From the human T2T-CHM13v2.0 reference genome, Homo sapiens: a stretch of DNA of 64,000 nt. Positions 1 to 13,981 of the stretch are shown one piece after another (position 1 is the stretch's first letter; each line of letters begins with the position of its first letter). The notes under the pieces are model-generated. The model did no database searches. It had not been told where the DNA came from and worked only from the letters and a program-made list of their open reading frames with translations. The translations under genes were made by a program, and so were the position numbers. The stretch lies in the NCBI RefSeq assembly GCF_009914755.1, contig NC_060929.1; one strand, given 5' to 3'.

Positions 1-635
1 AAGCAACTATATAATCAAATCTACATAAAAACTAGCTAACAACATGATGACAGTATCAAATCCTCATATATCAATTTTAATCTTGAATGTTAATGGAATA
101 AATACCCAACTTAAAAGGCACAGCTGGCAAATTGTATAAAGAACGAAGACTCAACTGTATGCATTCTTCAGAGACCCATCTTACATGCAATGATATCCAC
201 AGGCTCAAAGTAAAGGGATAGAGAAAGACCTATCCAGCAAATAGAAAACAAAAGAGAGCACAGGCTGTTATTCTTATTTCAGTCAAAACAAACTTTAAAC
301 CAACAATGATAAAAAAAAATACAAAGAAGGGCACTGCATAATGATAAAGATTTCAATTCAACAAGAACACTTAAGTATTCTAAATATACATGCACTCAAG
401 ACTGGAGCATCCAGATTGATTAAACAAGTTCTTAGAGATGTACAAAGAGATTTAGATTACCACACAATAATAGTGAGAGACTTCCACACTCTGTTGACAG
501 TGTTAGATAGTTCAACAAGGCAGAAAACTAACAAAGATATTTGGGACCTAAAGTTGACACATGACCAGATGAACTTAGCAGACATCTACAGAATAGTCCA
601 CTGAACAAGAACAGAATATACATTCTTCTCATCTG

Positions 636-1102
636 TGTGAGAAAATATTTTAAATGGTCCATTTTCAAGGCATAATAAATTTAAGGACTGGCAGCTATCC
701 TGCAAATGTAACAAACTGCACAGCTCATGCACCTAGAAAGTCACAATAAGCGAACAGAATGCAGAGGAGGGGTCAGCCCATAAAAGGGGAAAAAGTTTCA
801 TAATTGGGAAATTGAAATTTAAGTGGGGAAGGGGATGCGGCATAACCTTATAAGGGGGGTAATAAAATATAAACGCCTTAGTATTTGCTTGTCTGGGAAG
901 ATTGTAACCCCATACTACTTGACAATGAGGAATTGGGGGAGGGACTCGAGTGCTAGAAGATAAAGTGCCTGTTGTGACTGCCCCAGATGTGCTCACCGGA
1001 CATTCAATCTTGCAAGACCGTTATTAAAAAGTCTCACTTTCACTGTTCTTCTTGCTTCTAAGTCCATTCTTTGTGTTTGGATGGATAAGTGTGTTTCTCA
1101 CA
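636..1102 (+). mobile_element. Solo LTR (ERVL class by its 5-bp TSD) inserted in L1
   Basis: Terminal inverted repeats TGTGAGAAA...TTTCTCACA; TSD ATCTG at 631-635 and 1103-1107; ATTAAA near the 3' end. Confidence 0.9.
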
Positions 1103-1501
1103 ATCTGCATATGGTACATACTCTAAGATCGAACACATGCTCAGCCATAAAGCAATTCTCAGCAAATTCAAAAAACCTAAAATCACACCAACCACACTCT
1201 GGGACCACAGCACAATAAAAATAGAAATCAATACAAAGAAGATCTTTTGAAATCATACAATTATGTGGAAATTAAACAATGTACTCCTGAATGACTTTTG
1301 GGTAAAAAATAAAATTAAGACAGAAGTCAATAAATTATTTGAAACAAAGATGCAACATAACAGAATCTCTGGGACACAACTAAAGCAGCGGTAAGAGAAA
1401 AGTTTATAACTCTAAACACCTACATCAAAAAGTTAGAAAGATCTCAAATTAACAAACTAACATTATACCTAGAGTAATTAAAAACACAAGAGAAAAAAAC
1501 A

Positions 1502-1853
<352 letters not shown>

Positions 1854-3489
1854 TCAGAGCAGAACTGAATGAAATGGAGACGTGAAAATCCATACAAAAG
1901 ATCAACAAAACCAAATTTTGTTTTTTGAAAGAATAAATAAGATTGATAGACTGCTAGCTAGAGCAATAAAGAAAAAAGAAGATCCAAATAAACACAATCA
2001 GAAATTACAAAGGTGACCATTAACCCCACAGAAATACAAACCCCATTACCACTAACCCCACAGAAATACAAAACAAACAACAACAAACCCTGAGAGACTA
2101 TTATAAACACTTCTATGCACACAAACTAGAAAACCTAGAAGAAATGGATAAATTTCTGAAAACATACAAGCTCCCAAGACTGAACCAGGAAGAAATTCAA
2201 TCCCTGACCAGACCAATAACATGTTATGAAATAGAATGAGTAATTTTAAAAAAAAGCCCTACCAACCAGAAAAGGCCCTGGACCAGACGGATTCGTAACC
2301 AAGTTCTACTAGATGTATAAAGAGCTAGTACCAATACTACTGAAACTCTTGCAAATATCTTCTGAAACTCATTCTATGAGGACAGCATTATTTTGATGCC
2401 AAAACTTGGCAGAGACACAATAAAAAGAGAAAATGTTAGGTTAATATCCCTGATTAACATAGATGCAAATATCCTCAACAAAATACTAGCAAAACAAATC
2501 TAGCGCACATAAAAAAGCAATCAAACATGATTAAATAGGCTTTATTCCTGAAATGAAAAGTTGGTTCAACATATAGAAAACAATAAATGTGATTCATCAC
2601 AAAAACAGAACTAAAAGCAAAAACTACATGATCATCTCAGCTGAGGCAGAAAAGTCTTTTGATAAAATTCCACATCCCTTCATTTTAAAAACCCCAAAAA
2701 ATCTAGGCATCATAGGAACATTCCTCAAAATAATACGAGTCATCTATGACAGAGCTACAGCATAATGCTGAGCAGGGAACAGCTGGAAGCATTCCCTTTG
2801 AAAACCAGAACAAGAGAAGGATGGTCACTTTCACCACTTCTATTCAGCATAGTACTGGAAGTCCCAAGAAGAGCAATCAGGCAAGAGAGAAAGAAATAAA
2901 AGGCATCCGAATAGGAAGAGAGGAAGTCAAAATAACTCTCTTTGTAGATTATATAATTCTATACTTAGAAAACACATAATTTTTGCCCAAAAGCTTCTAA
3001 ATCTGATAAACAGCTTTAGCAAAGTTTCAGGATACAAAATATATGTAGAAAAATTAGTAGCATCTCTATATACCAGCAACATCCAAGCTGAAAGCCAAAT
3101 CAAGAACACAATCCCTTTTGCAATAGCCACAAGAATAAAATACTTAGTAATACAGCTAACCAGGGAGATATCAGATCTCTACAGCAAGAATTATAAAACG
3201 CTACTCAAAGAAATCAGAGATGACACAAACAAATGGAAAAACATTCCATGCTCATGGATAGGAAAAAATAATATTGTTAAAATGGCCATACTGCCTAAAG
3301 CAATGTACAGATTCAATGCTATTCTTATCAAACTATCAAAGTCATTTTTCACATGACTAGGAAAACTATTCTCAAATTCATACGGAACTACAAAAGAACC
3401 TGAATAGCTTAGCAATCCTAAGCAGGAATAATAAAGCCAGAGGCATCACACTACCCAACTTCAAATTAATACCACTAGGCTACAGTAAC

Positions 3490-3852
3490 TGATACAGTTT
3501 GGCTGTGTCCCCACCCAAATCTCATCTTGAATTGTAGCTCCCATAACTCACACATGTTGTGGGAGGAACCCGATTGCAGATATTTGAATCATGGGGGCAG
3601 TTTCCCCCATAAAGTTCTCATGGTAGTGAATAAGTCTTATGAGATCTGATGGTTTTATAAGGGGAATCCGCTTTCACTTGGTTCTCATTCTCTCGTGTCT
3701 GCCACCATATAAGACATACCTTTTTCCTTCCACCATGATTCTGAGGCCTCCCCAGCTATGTAGAACTGTGAGTCCATTAAACCTCTTTTTTCTTTACAGA
3801 TTACCCAGTTTCAGGTATGTATTTCTGAGCAGTGTGAGAACAGACTAATACA
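3490..3852 (+). mobile_element. THE1 (THE1C/D-like) MaLR solo LTR
   Basis: TGATACAGTTTGGCTGTGTCCCCACCCAAATCTC...CAGACTAATACA; TSD GTAAC at 3485-3489 and 3853-3857. Confidence 0.95.
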
Positions 3853-4180
3853 GTAACCAACACAGCATGGTACTGGTACACAATCAGACACATAGAACAA
3901 CGGAACAGAGTAGAGAACCCAGGAATAAAGGCACATACCTACAAATATCAGATCTTTGACAAAGTCTACAATAATAAGCAATGGGGAAAGGACTCCTTAT
4001 TCAATAAATGGTGCTGGGATAACTGGCTAGCCATATGCAGAAAATTGAAACTGGACTCCCTTTCACCATATACAAAAATCAATTCAAGATGGATTAAAGA
4101 CTTAAATGTAAATCCTAAAACTATGAAAACTCTAGAAGAAAATATAGGAAATACCATTTCAGACATAGGCTTTGGCCAAG

Positions 4181-4432
4181 TGCTTGTCAGCACTTATGAT
4201 TGCATTAGACAATTTTTTGAATTAGTCTACCTAGCTCATGTGCTTGTGCACTTTCTCTTTCTTCTTTCTCTTTTTTTCTTTTTCTTTCTTTTCTTTCTCT
4301 CTCTTTCTTTTTTCTTTCATTTTCTTTTGCTTTTCTTTCTCTCTTTCTTTCTCTCTCTCTCTTTCCCTCTCTCTTTCTCTTACTTTTACCATTCTATTGG
4401 TTCTGTTTTTGTGGAGAACCCTGAATGATATA
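4181..4432 (+). mobile_element. MLT2 (ERVL) LTR 3' remnant with CT-rich microsatellite
   Basis: Ends CTATTGGTTCTGTTTTTGTGGAGAACCCTGA, resembling the MLT2 3' terminus; pyrimidine tract 4250-4382. Confidence 0.7.
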
Positions 4433-4440
4433 GAAACTAA

Positions 4441-4780
<340 letters not shown>

Positions 4781-4867
4781 TATCACATTCCTTTTTAAAG
4801 AATTAAATTACAATTAAATTTTCTTTTAAAAATATGGCATTATAACGCAATGTCATTTTAAAAAGTT

Positions 4868-4972
4868 TCTTTTTTTAATCATTATACTTTAAGTTTTAGG
4901 GTACATGTGCACAACATGCAGGTTTGTTACATATGTATACATGTGCCATGTTGGTGTGCTGCACCCATCAAC
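4868..4972 (-). mobile_element. Short L1PA 3'-end fragment
   Basis: TTATACTTTAAGTTTTAGGGTACATGTGCACAACATGCAGG is the reverse complement of the L1PA 3' terminus. Confidence 0.9.
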
Positions 4973-5205
4973 TTTTGGAGGCCTAGATGGATGGATCACT
5001 TGAGATCATGAATTCAAGGCTAACATAATGAAACCCTGTCTCTAGAGAAATACCAAAAAGAATTAACTGGGCGGGGTGGTGCATGACTGTAATTCCAGCT
5101 ACTTGGGAGGCTGAGGTGGGAAAATCCCTTGAACTTGGGAGGAAGAGGTTGCAGTGAGGGTGGACAACAGAGTAACACTCTTTCAAAAACAACACAAAAC
5201 AAAAA
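4973..5205 (+). mobile_element. Degenerate 5'-truncated AluJ-like element
   Basis: GGATCACTTGAG...AATTCCAGCTACTTGGGAGGCTGAGG...GGTTGCAGTGAG followed by an A-rich tail. Confidence 0.8.
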
Positions 5206-5459
5206 AGTTTGCTTCTTTTTCTTCTTATAGTTTTCTTCACTTCTTTTTCTTTGCTCCTTTACTTTCTTCCTTCCATCTTATGTCTGCAAGTCTGTACGTA
5301 TCCAAGGAGAAATGACTAGAACAATATTCGTTATTCCTGTGAAGGTAATTTCTAGCTAGTGAGGTTTTCTATTTTTTTAGCTTTCTTTGTCCTTGTTGAT
5401 ATGCTTGAAAATGTTACAAATAATATGTAATACATTCTTATAAAATATCCAAAACCAAA

Positions 5460-6065
5460 TAATGCTGAAATAACCAATCATCTAGAAGAAAATTAAGTTG
5501 GAATTTTTTCTCTCTTACACAAATACACGCACATGAATTCTAAGTGTTTTAAAGACTTAAATGCAGCAAAATAAATGAATGTGGAATTAAAAGAAAACAA
5601 ATTAAGCCCTGATATGAAAAGTAGAAACCATTAGTATATAACTTATCAACTATTAGAGTGGCACAGTACTTTAATACATAAAGATCAAGAAAAATAAATT
5701 AGAAGGGGAAGAATTACTTAATAACATAAAAATAATAGAATATATGCCAAACAAGTTATAGAAAAAATTAAATGTAAAACTAAAAAAAATGTGTAACATC
5801 TCTGCCATTCATGAGGAAAAGGGTTACTTCTGACTTGTTACTTCTGGAACTCCCAACTCTTAGCAGCGTCACTGGTATGCAATAGTATCTTAGTGTATTG
5901 TTAAACGACAAGAAGGAAAGAATCAAGGAAAGGAGAGAAAATAAAAGGCAGAAATGTGCCAAATTTTAAGATAATTCTACTGTGCTCTTTTTCTTCTATT
6001 TCTTCACCTTTTCTACAATGAATACATTATTAAACACATGTTACTTTTAAAAAAATAAAAATAAA
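5460..6065 (+). mobile_element. Ancient L1M(E) fragments including a 3' end
   Basis: Weak similarity to L1 ORF2 3' region (TTAAAGACTTAAATG) and an L1ME-like 3' end (TTTTCTACAATGAATACAT...AAAATAAAA). Confidence 0.45.
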
Positions 6066-6619
6066 TCTTCTTAAAATAAGAAAGTGTAGAATAGTGTAGA
6101 ATTAAATACATTGTAGTATTCACCCTCTTTTAATATTCTTTGACAAAATGTGATTGCAATTATCTTTCAATATGTATTTAAACTGTGTTAAAAACACAAA
6201 TATCTATAAATTGTACCTCTGAAAAGTTTTAGTTTTGGTCTTAAAGAAAATAGAATTATTTAACTATTTTCATTGAAAAAATTGAATAATAATCATCATG
6301 GATTAATAATTTAAGTATTAATGCAAATTTTCTAGTTGCATTATTTACTATTTGTTTGACCTGGAACAAGATATGATGTACTTATCACAGTGTCTGGCAT
6401 TTTGTTTTTAAAAAAAGGGAGTTCAGTAAAAATATAGCTATTAAGATACATCTATAGAAATTTTCAGTATGGTAATCTGAGAAGGAAAAGAATATCAGTG
6501 GAAGCACCATGGCATAATAAAAGCAAATTTATACAATAAAAAATTATTTTATTGCCATTGTAAAATATCCATTCACGTCTTTTGAAAATAAAATCTTGCT
6601 CACAATGTGTTTTTCATAG

Positions 6620-6677
6620 AGCTGGAGAATATTATTATAAAAGTCAGCAGATGAAGTTGATCATCTCATTTGTGAAT
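6620..6677 (+). CDS. Candidate penultimate coding exon (58 nt), peptide (x)AGEYYYKSQQMKLIISFVN
   Basis: Acceptor TGTGTTTTTCATAG, strong donor AAT|GTGAGT, only one of three frames open, non-repeat context; ends in phase 0, matching the exon at 13554. Confidence 0.6.
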
Positions 6678-7467
6678 GTGAGTTATTGCTAAATTCAACA
6701 GCTGCAGAGGATGAATTACTTTATATCCCCTTTCCATGACAAAGCATAGTTCATTTTTTGCCTTGGACAGTTTATATAGGAAAAGCAAAGAAACTGGGAT
6801 ACTTGGATCCACACTAAGCAGTTTTAATACTACATGTTTGCTTACAAAAATTGAATCTTTCCTTGAAAAAATAATTGTTGATTTAAATAAAATGTAAATC
6901 TCATTAACAGCCACATAATGAGGATGAAATCTATTGAAAGCGAAAAATGAATTTCCTCTTCATATAATTATAGCTGCCTAAACTTACCAAAGGCAAAAGG
7001 GACAACTGAAAGTATTTTTTTTATTAATTACAAGTTCAAAAAACCACATAAGCAAAGTGAGGCACATCAACTTTCCCTTACAAAAAATAACTTCATAAAT
7101 AAATATTCTGGTGTTAGAAAAATACTATCACTGCTCAAAATAGGAATCTCTGTCTTCAGCATTTATTACACATTTTATTATCATTTGCTTGATTTCCTGC
7201 AACTAACCTTGGTACCTCCAGCAAAAATTTATTTCAGATGTTTAGGACTGAATGATAGTTTGTGGATACAACAATAGTGCTGTTTATATAGAGTGACTTT
7301 AACAAGCAGAATACTTAAAGTACTTTATAAATAATATTATCTCTAATATAATAGCATGATTTAAATAATGGATTGAAATCTGTTTTCTTACCAATAATTT
7401 ATAATATTTTCTGAATCCAGTCTCCTCCATAACACCTTCCCTGATCACTCTAGCTGCATTGATTTCA

Positions 7468-7766
7468 TTTTTTTTTTTTTTTTTGAGACAAATTTCGCTC
7501 TTGTTGCCCAAGCTGGAGTGCAAATGGCACCACCTCGGCTCACTGCAATATCGGCCTCCCAGGTTCAAGCCATTCTCCTGCCTCAGCCTCCTGACTAGCT
7601 GGGATTACAGGCACCTGCCACTACGCCCAGCTAATTTTTGTATTTTTAGTAGAGACGGGGTTTCACCATGTTGGCCAGGCTGGTCTCGAAGTCAGGACCT
7701 CAGGTGATCCACCCACATCAGCCTCCCAAAGTGCTGGGATTACAGGCGTGAGCCACCATGCCGGGC
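7468..7766 (-). mobile_element. Alu (AluSq/Sp-like)
   Basis: Poly-T then TTTCGCTCTTGTTGCCC...; flanked by TTTCATTTTT direct repeats. Confidence 0.95.
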
Positions 7767-7939
7767 TGGTTTCATTTTTCTGTTTTTTTTATTATGTTCA
7801 TCATCAGTAGCAGCATAGGGTTTAGCACTTAATTGCATGATGAGGTTTAGCCTGGTTCCCGAACCCAGGTAAAAGCCCTGAGAGTGAAAGCTTCATGCTT
7901 TGTTCCTTTAAATGCATCACATTTTCTCAATCATTGTCA

Positions 7940-8110
7940 TATGAGCTTATTATATGCCAATCACTTTCCCTAGAGGATTTTATATGTAGTACCTTATTTA
8001 ATTCACACAATAGCCCTGTGAGATGGATATTTTATATCTATTTTTCCAAATGAAAAACCTGAGGCACAGTCAAATCAGGAGTTAATTCTAAACCATCTGA
8101 CTACAAAACC
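7940..8110 (-). mobile_element. MIR
   Basis: MIR core TTATTTAATTCACACAATAGCCCTGTGAGATGG...AAACCTGAGGCACAG. Confidence 0.75.
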
Positions 8111-8364
8111 TTTCCTGTTTGATTGCATACAACCACATAGTAGATATCCAACAAGCACTTGGGGACAGAAGAAGAAGGTGAGCCAATATCAGATTCAGAT
8201 CCTAGGATCTCAGTTCTAATGGCTCGTTACCCTAAAAAACATGTAGTGGGTATAAAATAACTAAAAGGATATAGAAGGTATTGGAATTAAATTAATTCTA
8301 GTCAAGTCTATTGAAGGCACTTTGAAAGTAAAATTCTTCTATCTGGCACTCAAGTTCCTTTAAA

Positions 8365-8630
8365 AACTTTTCATATTAGAATAATTTTAGACTCATAAGA
8401 AGTTGTAAATACAGCACTGAGAGTTCCCATATAACTTTCACTCAGCTTCTGCAGTATTAACATCTTACCTCACCATATTACATCATCAAAACCAGGAAAC
8501 TGGCATTGATAAAATACTATTAACTACAGACTTCATTTGGATTTCATTCATTTTTGCATGTGCTTGTGTGTGTGTGTGTGTGTCTATGAAATTTTATCTC
8601 ATATACAGATTCATGTAGCCACCCCCTCCA
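8365..8630 (-). mobile_element. L1MC-like 3'-end fragment
   Basis: AATAATTTTAGACTCATAAGAAGTTG...GAGAGTTCCCATATAAC...AAAACCAGGAAACTGGCATTG resembles the L1MC 3' UTR. Confidence 0.65.
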
Positions 8631-8654
8631 ACAGAATTTAGAAGTTTCAAGACT

Positions 8655-9760
8655 TCATGTATATATAAGTATATATATGTGTGTATATATGTGTATGTGT
8701 ATATACATATATATACATGTAGGTATATATGTGTGGGTACACACATGTATATACATGTAGGTATATATGTGTGGGTACACACATGTATGTACATGTAGGT
8801 ATATATGTGTGGGTACACACATGTATGTACATGTAGGTATATATGTGTGGGTACACACATGTATATACATGTAGGTATATATGTGTGGGTACACACATGT
8901 ATATACATGTAGGTATATATGTGTGGGTACACACATGTATATACATGTAGGTATATATGTGTGGGTACACACATGTAGGTATATATGTGTGGGTACACAC
9001 ATGTAGGTATATATGTGTGGGTACACACATGTAGGTATATATGTGTGGGTACACACATGTAGGTATATATGTGTGGGTACACACATGTAGGTATATATGT
9101 GTGGGTACACACATGTAGGTATATATGTGTGGGTACACACATGTAGGTATATATGTGTGGGTACACACATGTAGGTATATATGTGTGGGTACACACATGT
9201 AGGTATATATGTGTGGGTACACACATGTAGGTATATATGTGTGGGTACACACATGTAGGTATATATGTGTGGGTACACACATGTAGGTATATATGTGTGG
9301 GTACACACATGTAGGTATATATGTGTGGGTACACACATGTAGGTATATATGTGTGGGTACACACATGTAGGTATATATGTGTGGGTACACACATGTAGGT
9401 ATATATGTGTGGGTACACACATGTAGGTATATATGTGTGGGTACACACATGTAGGTATATATGTGTGGGTACACACATGTAGGTATATGTGTGGGTACAC
9501 ACATGTAGGTATATATGTCTATACACGTGTATATACACATACATATATGTATATATACACGTAGATATACACATACATATATGTATATATACACGTAGAT
9601 ATACACATACATATATGTATATATACACGTAGATATACACATACATATATGTATATATACACGTAGATATACACATACATATATGTATATATACACGTAG
9701 ATATACACATATATGTATACACGTAGATATACACATACATATATGTATATATACACGTAG

Positions 9761-9812
<52 letters not shown>
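8655..9812. repeat. Compound minisatellite: about 6 x 38 bp, about 20 x 28 bp (GTATATATGTGTGGGTACACACATGTAG), about 7 x 34 bp (ATATACACATACATATATGTATATATACACGTAG), then (CA)n
   Basis: Periods read directly (GTGTGGGTAC at 8731, 8769...8959, then every 28 bp; GTAG at 9561 and 9595). Confidence 0.97.
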
Positions 9813-9814
<2 letters not shown>

Positions 9815-12094
9815 TATATGCCCAGCACAAGCACTTTCTTCATTCAGGTCAGACTTCTTACTGATCTCTATATCTGTCATAATCTCTCCACTAAATAGAA
9901 TGCTTCTGGTCCACTGCTTTTACATCCACTTATCTCAAAAATCATCATGAATCTATTTTTAAAACTTTGATAAATTATATTTAAATATTGCTTTTGGATG
10001 TTACATTTTGTGGAAACATATAAGCTTCATTATCTAAAGTTTTCTGAAACTCATGGATGTGCTGAACTGTTGCTAGGGAACAAATTCCTATAGGTGCTAA
10101 TCAAATTCCTAAAAGAGAGAAAGGATAAGAGCTCACAAATACATTTTTGTTTTTGTTTTTAATTAAGCAATTAAAGCAGTAGAGTTGTGCAGATGGAAAG
10201 AGAGATATGGACCTTCAGATATGCAAATATTTTAAAGAAACATTTAATAGAATCCCTCATTTTATAACATGTTATAAAATGCTGAGATTTGCCCCCATCA
10301 TACAGCAAGTTAGTGATTTAGCCTGGATTAAAACCCACTAGTTTCCAACAGGCACACTTCCCATTATGCCTCACTGTCTTTAACAGGTGGAAAGAGGGAA
10401 AACACTTGTAGAGGCCAACTTCTGACAAGTGGCAGACAGCCCAATAGGAATCTAGCTTCAAAATCAGATCAGGCTTGGATGAAACAGAGATTTAAAGATT
10501 TAATGATTCGTGAGAGAGGTGCCTAATTACACATGACATTAGAAACTTTCCAGTTTTCATTTTAGATTTGGTAGTATTTAAATTAGCTATCTTCATTTAA
10601 TTTTTGATGAGTAAACCGAGCTATACGTATTAGACATGTGGTCTGATAATATTTAAACCACCCGGAATCATTGAAATGTGATAGACAGATACTCAACATA
10701 GTGGACCAATCATTTAAGTATTTTTTAAAAATCATGACAATTAAATCTGAAAATGTAAATTTATAAGGATCATCACCTCCTTTTTTTCCCAAAAGTACCA
10801 CTCTTAAAACCGATTTGTTCTGATTTTTTGATGTCTTAATTAGTTCGTATTAATCTAACTCTTCTCTGATCTACTCTACTACTTATAATCTGTATCAAAG
10901 ATTTTAACAACTGACTAAACCCTTTCATATTATTTTTCTCTATATGTTCTTTTATCATCGGGAAGAGCACTTTGTAAAGGAGCCTGTGTTTAGTACTCTT
11001 CTTATTCAACCTGGCCATAGAGCAAGTGTTTAGTAACTAAATCCTAAATTATTTTTTAACAGGGTAATGCATAGAGGTTATTTGCGTTTCAGCAGAAGGA
11101 GCAACTTATTCTAAATGAACTCGGAAAATCACCTATCAAGATATCAACTGAAAAGAAAATTCATATTCTGAAATCATGGATAAAATAGTACTAAACAAAT
11201 GACAGGGAATCACCAGTAATTTATGCAGAGTAGCATGACAAAAGTTACCTTGCACTAGACAGTGCTTATTACTTTAAAAGGATGATGAGGAAAGCTCTAG
11301 AGAAAACCTTAGAGAAACTTGTTTCCTGCCTGGACATTTCTTCCAGCAAGTTGCATGACCTTGGAAAAGATACATAAATTCTTTGGGCCTCAATTAGGAT
11401 TGATTTCTAAAATACTTCTAGCTTCAAATTATTATGATATTATTTAAATTCTAAAAACATCTTTTACCTATACAGAAGTTAAGAGGGATGTAATTTATAG
11501 CAGAGCTTATAAAATCAAATGTTTTTGATGATCTCAGCTTCAATATAACATTACCCCTACTTTAAGTTAATTTGTGCAAGGCTATTTCAGACATAAGAAC
11601 TGAATAAAGAGAATTCTGATGGTTTAAAAAACAGAGAATCTGGTATTAGTTGACTTGAATTTAAGACCCTACTTGACTTTTCCCAGTTGTTAGAACTTGA
11701 GGAAACTTTTTCTCTTTTCTTTTTATCTTACCTATAAAAATATATAGATGGGGGGTGGGAGAATCATTACAATAAATATTCCTTAAAGACCTTTTCACAG
11801 TTTTATTATATTGTTGGAGAATGGCAAGACATTTCAACACAATCACTGTCTCTGAAGGTTAAAGAAAGAAAATAACTAAATATTACTGTAAAAAAGGAAT
11901 CAGTCACAGCTCCAAAGGGGAATGGAGAAGGTGTCCTGTGATCCACTAGAGAGAGGCTGGGACTGCAAGAGGGGTCAGGTCTGATTAGGAAGGAGCTAGA
12001 AACCACTCCTAGGAAGCAAAATTATATAAGCAAATTTTAACTTAGTCCTCCACCAAGGATGCCTGTATATATATTGAGTCTATATATAGCAAGT

Positions 12095-12270
12095 CTCCAC
12101 TTGCTCTGCCTGTCAAGCTTTTCCCATTTCCTCTGTGGCCCGGTCTGCTCTCCTTCATGAGGCCAGTTTCTTTCCATCCTTTAGGGTTCCATTTGATGCC
12201 AGCTTAACAGAGAAGCTTTCCAAAAGTCGCTTTTTCTTAATTATTGCCTAAGTCCTTTATTAGTTTTATT
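12095..12270 (+). repeat. Local direct duplication, copy 1 (partner 13109-13284)
   Basis: Manual alignment: 176 bp, gapless, 19 mismatches. Confidence 0.95.
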
Positions 12271-12499
12271 TTCTTTTGATATATAAATATATATATATAG
12301 AACTTTTGAGCTATATATATAGCTATATATATATTTAGCTACATATTTATATAGCTCAAAAGTTATATATGTTATATATATAGCTCAAAAGTTATATAAT
12401 ATGTTATATATATAGCTCAAAAGTTATATAATACAAATGTTATAATATATATTAGTATGCACTGTAATATATAGTAGTTATGTAATATAACACTTTCAA

Positions 12500-13460
12500 A
12501 TCTAACCCAAACTTTTCTTCTGAAGTGAAGCTTTGTATGCCTTTCACTTAGATATCTCACAGCTATTTTTGACCTCACTCCTGTCCAAAATCAGACTGAC
12601 TTGATGTGTCCTCTCAACCCTGTTTTCTGAGTGTTACAATTCACCTGGATGCTCCAACTAGAAATTCCTGGTTTCTCATTTTTCCCTACTCACTCCTGAA
12701 ATCTAATCCATGAGCAGGCTCTAGTAGTACACCTCTAAAGTGTCTTGAGTGACTGAACATTCCCCCATCATCACTGCTACTTTCTAGTCAAAGTCACTGT
12801 CATCTCTTCTCCAGTTATTCCAATAGACAGCTTCCATCCTTTTTTTACCCTAACCACAATATATCCTCTCTCTGACAGTTGGAATAAACTTATAAAAATC
12901 TAAACAGGACTGTCATTATTCTAACTAAAGCCTTCCAGAGGATTCCCAGTGCATGTTGTCTACCACACACTTCAAAACCCCTTATGATTTAGCACTGGCC
13001 TCTCTCCTCCTTCACCCCAGCTGGCTCTGCTTCTTGATCAGTTTCCTTCAAAAGCTCCAGATCCTGGAATAGAGTCATCTCATTTCCCCCTTCGAGGTTT
13101 TGTACAGACTCCACTTGCCCTGCCTGGCAAGCTTTTCCCATTTCCTCTGTGGCCTGGTCTGCTCTCCTTCATGTGATCAGTTTCTTTCAATTCTTCAGGG
13201 TTCTGTTTGATGCCGGCTTGACAGAGAAGCTTTCCAAAAATCACTTTTTCTTACTTATAACCTAAGTCCCTTATTAGTTTTATTAGCCATCTAGTCCTTT
13301 ATTAGCCATCTGATATGGCTCATACCAGAATATACAATTATTTAAATTATTCATCTGTTTATTTTTAATCTTTCTTTCCCGCCAGAATATTGAACTCCTA
13401 ATACAGTGTCTAGTATACAATAGGCACATGGTAAATATTTGTTAAACGAATTCATTGAGT
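12500..13460 (+). mobile_element. L2 LINE 3' part; contains the duplication partner 13109-13284
   Basis: Pyrimidine-rich L2 body ending ACAGTGTCTAGTATACAATAGGCACATGGTAAATATTTGTTAAACGAAT. Confidence 0.75.
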
Positions 13461-13553
13461 GTCGGGGAACTTTCCCATCAGTTCAATTTTCTGGGGAAAA
13501 CCGTTGGCAAAATTAAATGGCTTTATGGTCATTTTCTCTGGTTTCTTTGTCAG

Positions 13554-13592
13554 GTTTATTCCACAAGGCAGAGGAAACTTGAAATATCATAA
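13554..13592 (+). CDS. Candidate terminal coding exon, peptide VYSTRQRKLEIS-stop, followed by a 3' UTR to about 14010
   Basis: Strong acceptor TTTTCTCTGGTTTCTTTGTCAG|G; phase 0 continues exon 6620-6677; TAA at 13590-13592; AT-rich repeat-free sequence downstream with AATAAA. Confidence 0.55.
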   Translation, partial: VYSTRQRKLEIS

Positions 13593-13981
13593 CTGAGAAA
13601 TTGTTGTTCATGTATTTTCTTATTACTTTGGTGATTTGAACTTATATCTTTATTTCACATGATTCAGTGGTTTAAAATCTATTTTGTGTAGATATTAGAC
13701 CATATTTTATACCTAAAGTTTTGAAAAATCTGACATTAGTATCCTCAGCATTTCTTGATGATTTTCCATTTTCATTTGTTTTTTTAAATAAATTTACTGC
13801 AGTTCAGAGTTGCTGATCAGTTTCACTTACACTGTGAAAGCTCTGAGAAGATTACTGGATGTTTTAAACATAAATATATGTAGTAGTGATACAGGATCAT
13901 ACGACAATGTCACCCAGCACTTTTAACACATTATGTAATTGCGTTTATAGGTTAGAAATCAGTTTTCTAAGTAGACTGCGC

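Noticed and set aside
8950-9510. CRISPR-like 28-bp palindromic repeats
   Set aside because: The units are directly adjacent with no unique spacers, there are no cas genes, and the context is primate.
8594-9880. Long ORFs (428, 387, 281 and 103 aa) rich in Y/T/H/C/V/I
   Set aside because: They are translations of a stop-free minisatellite, open in several frames at once, with no gene structure.
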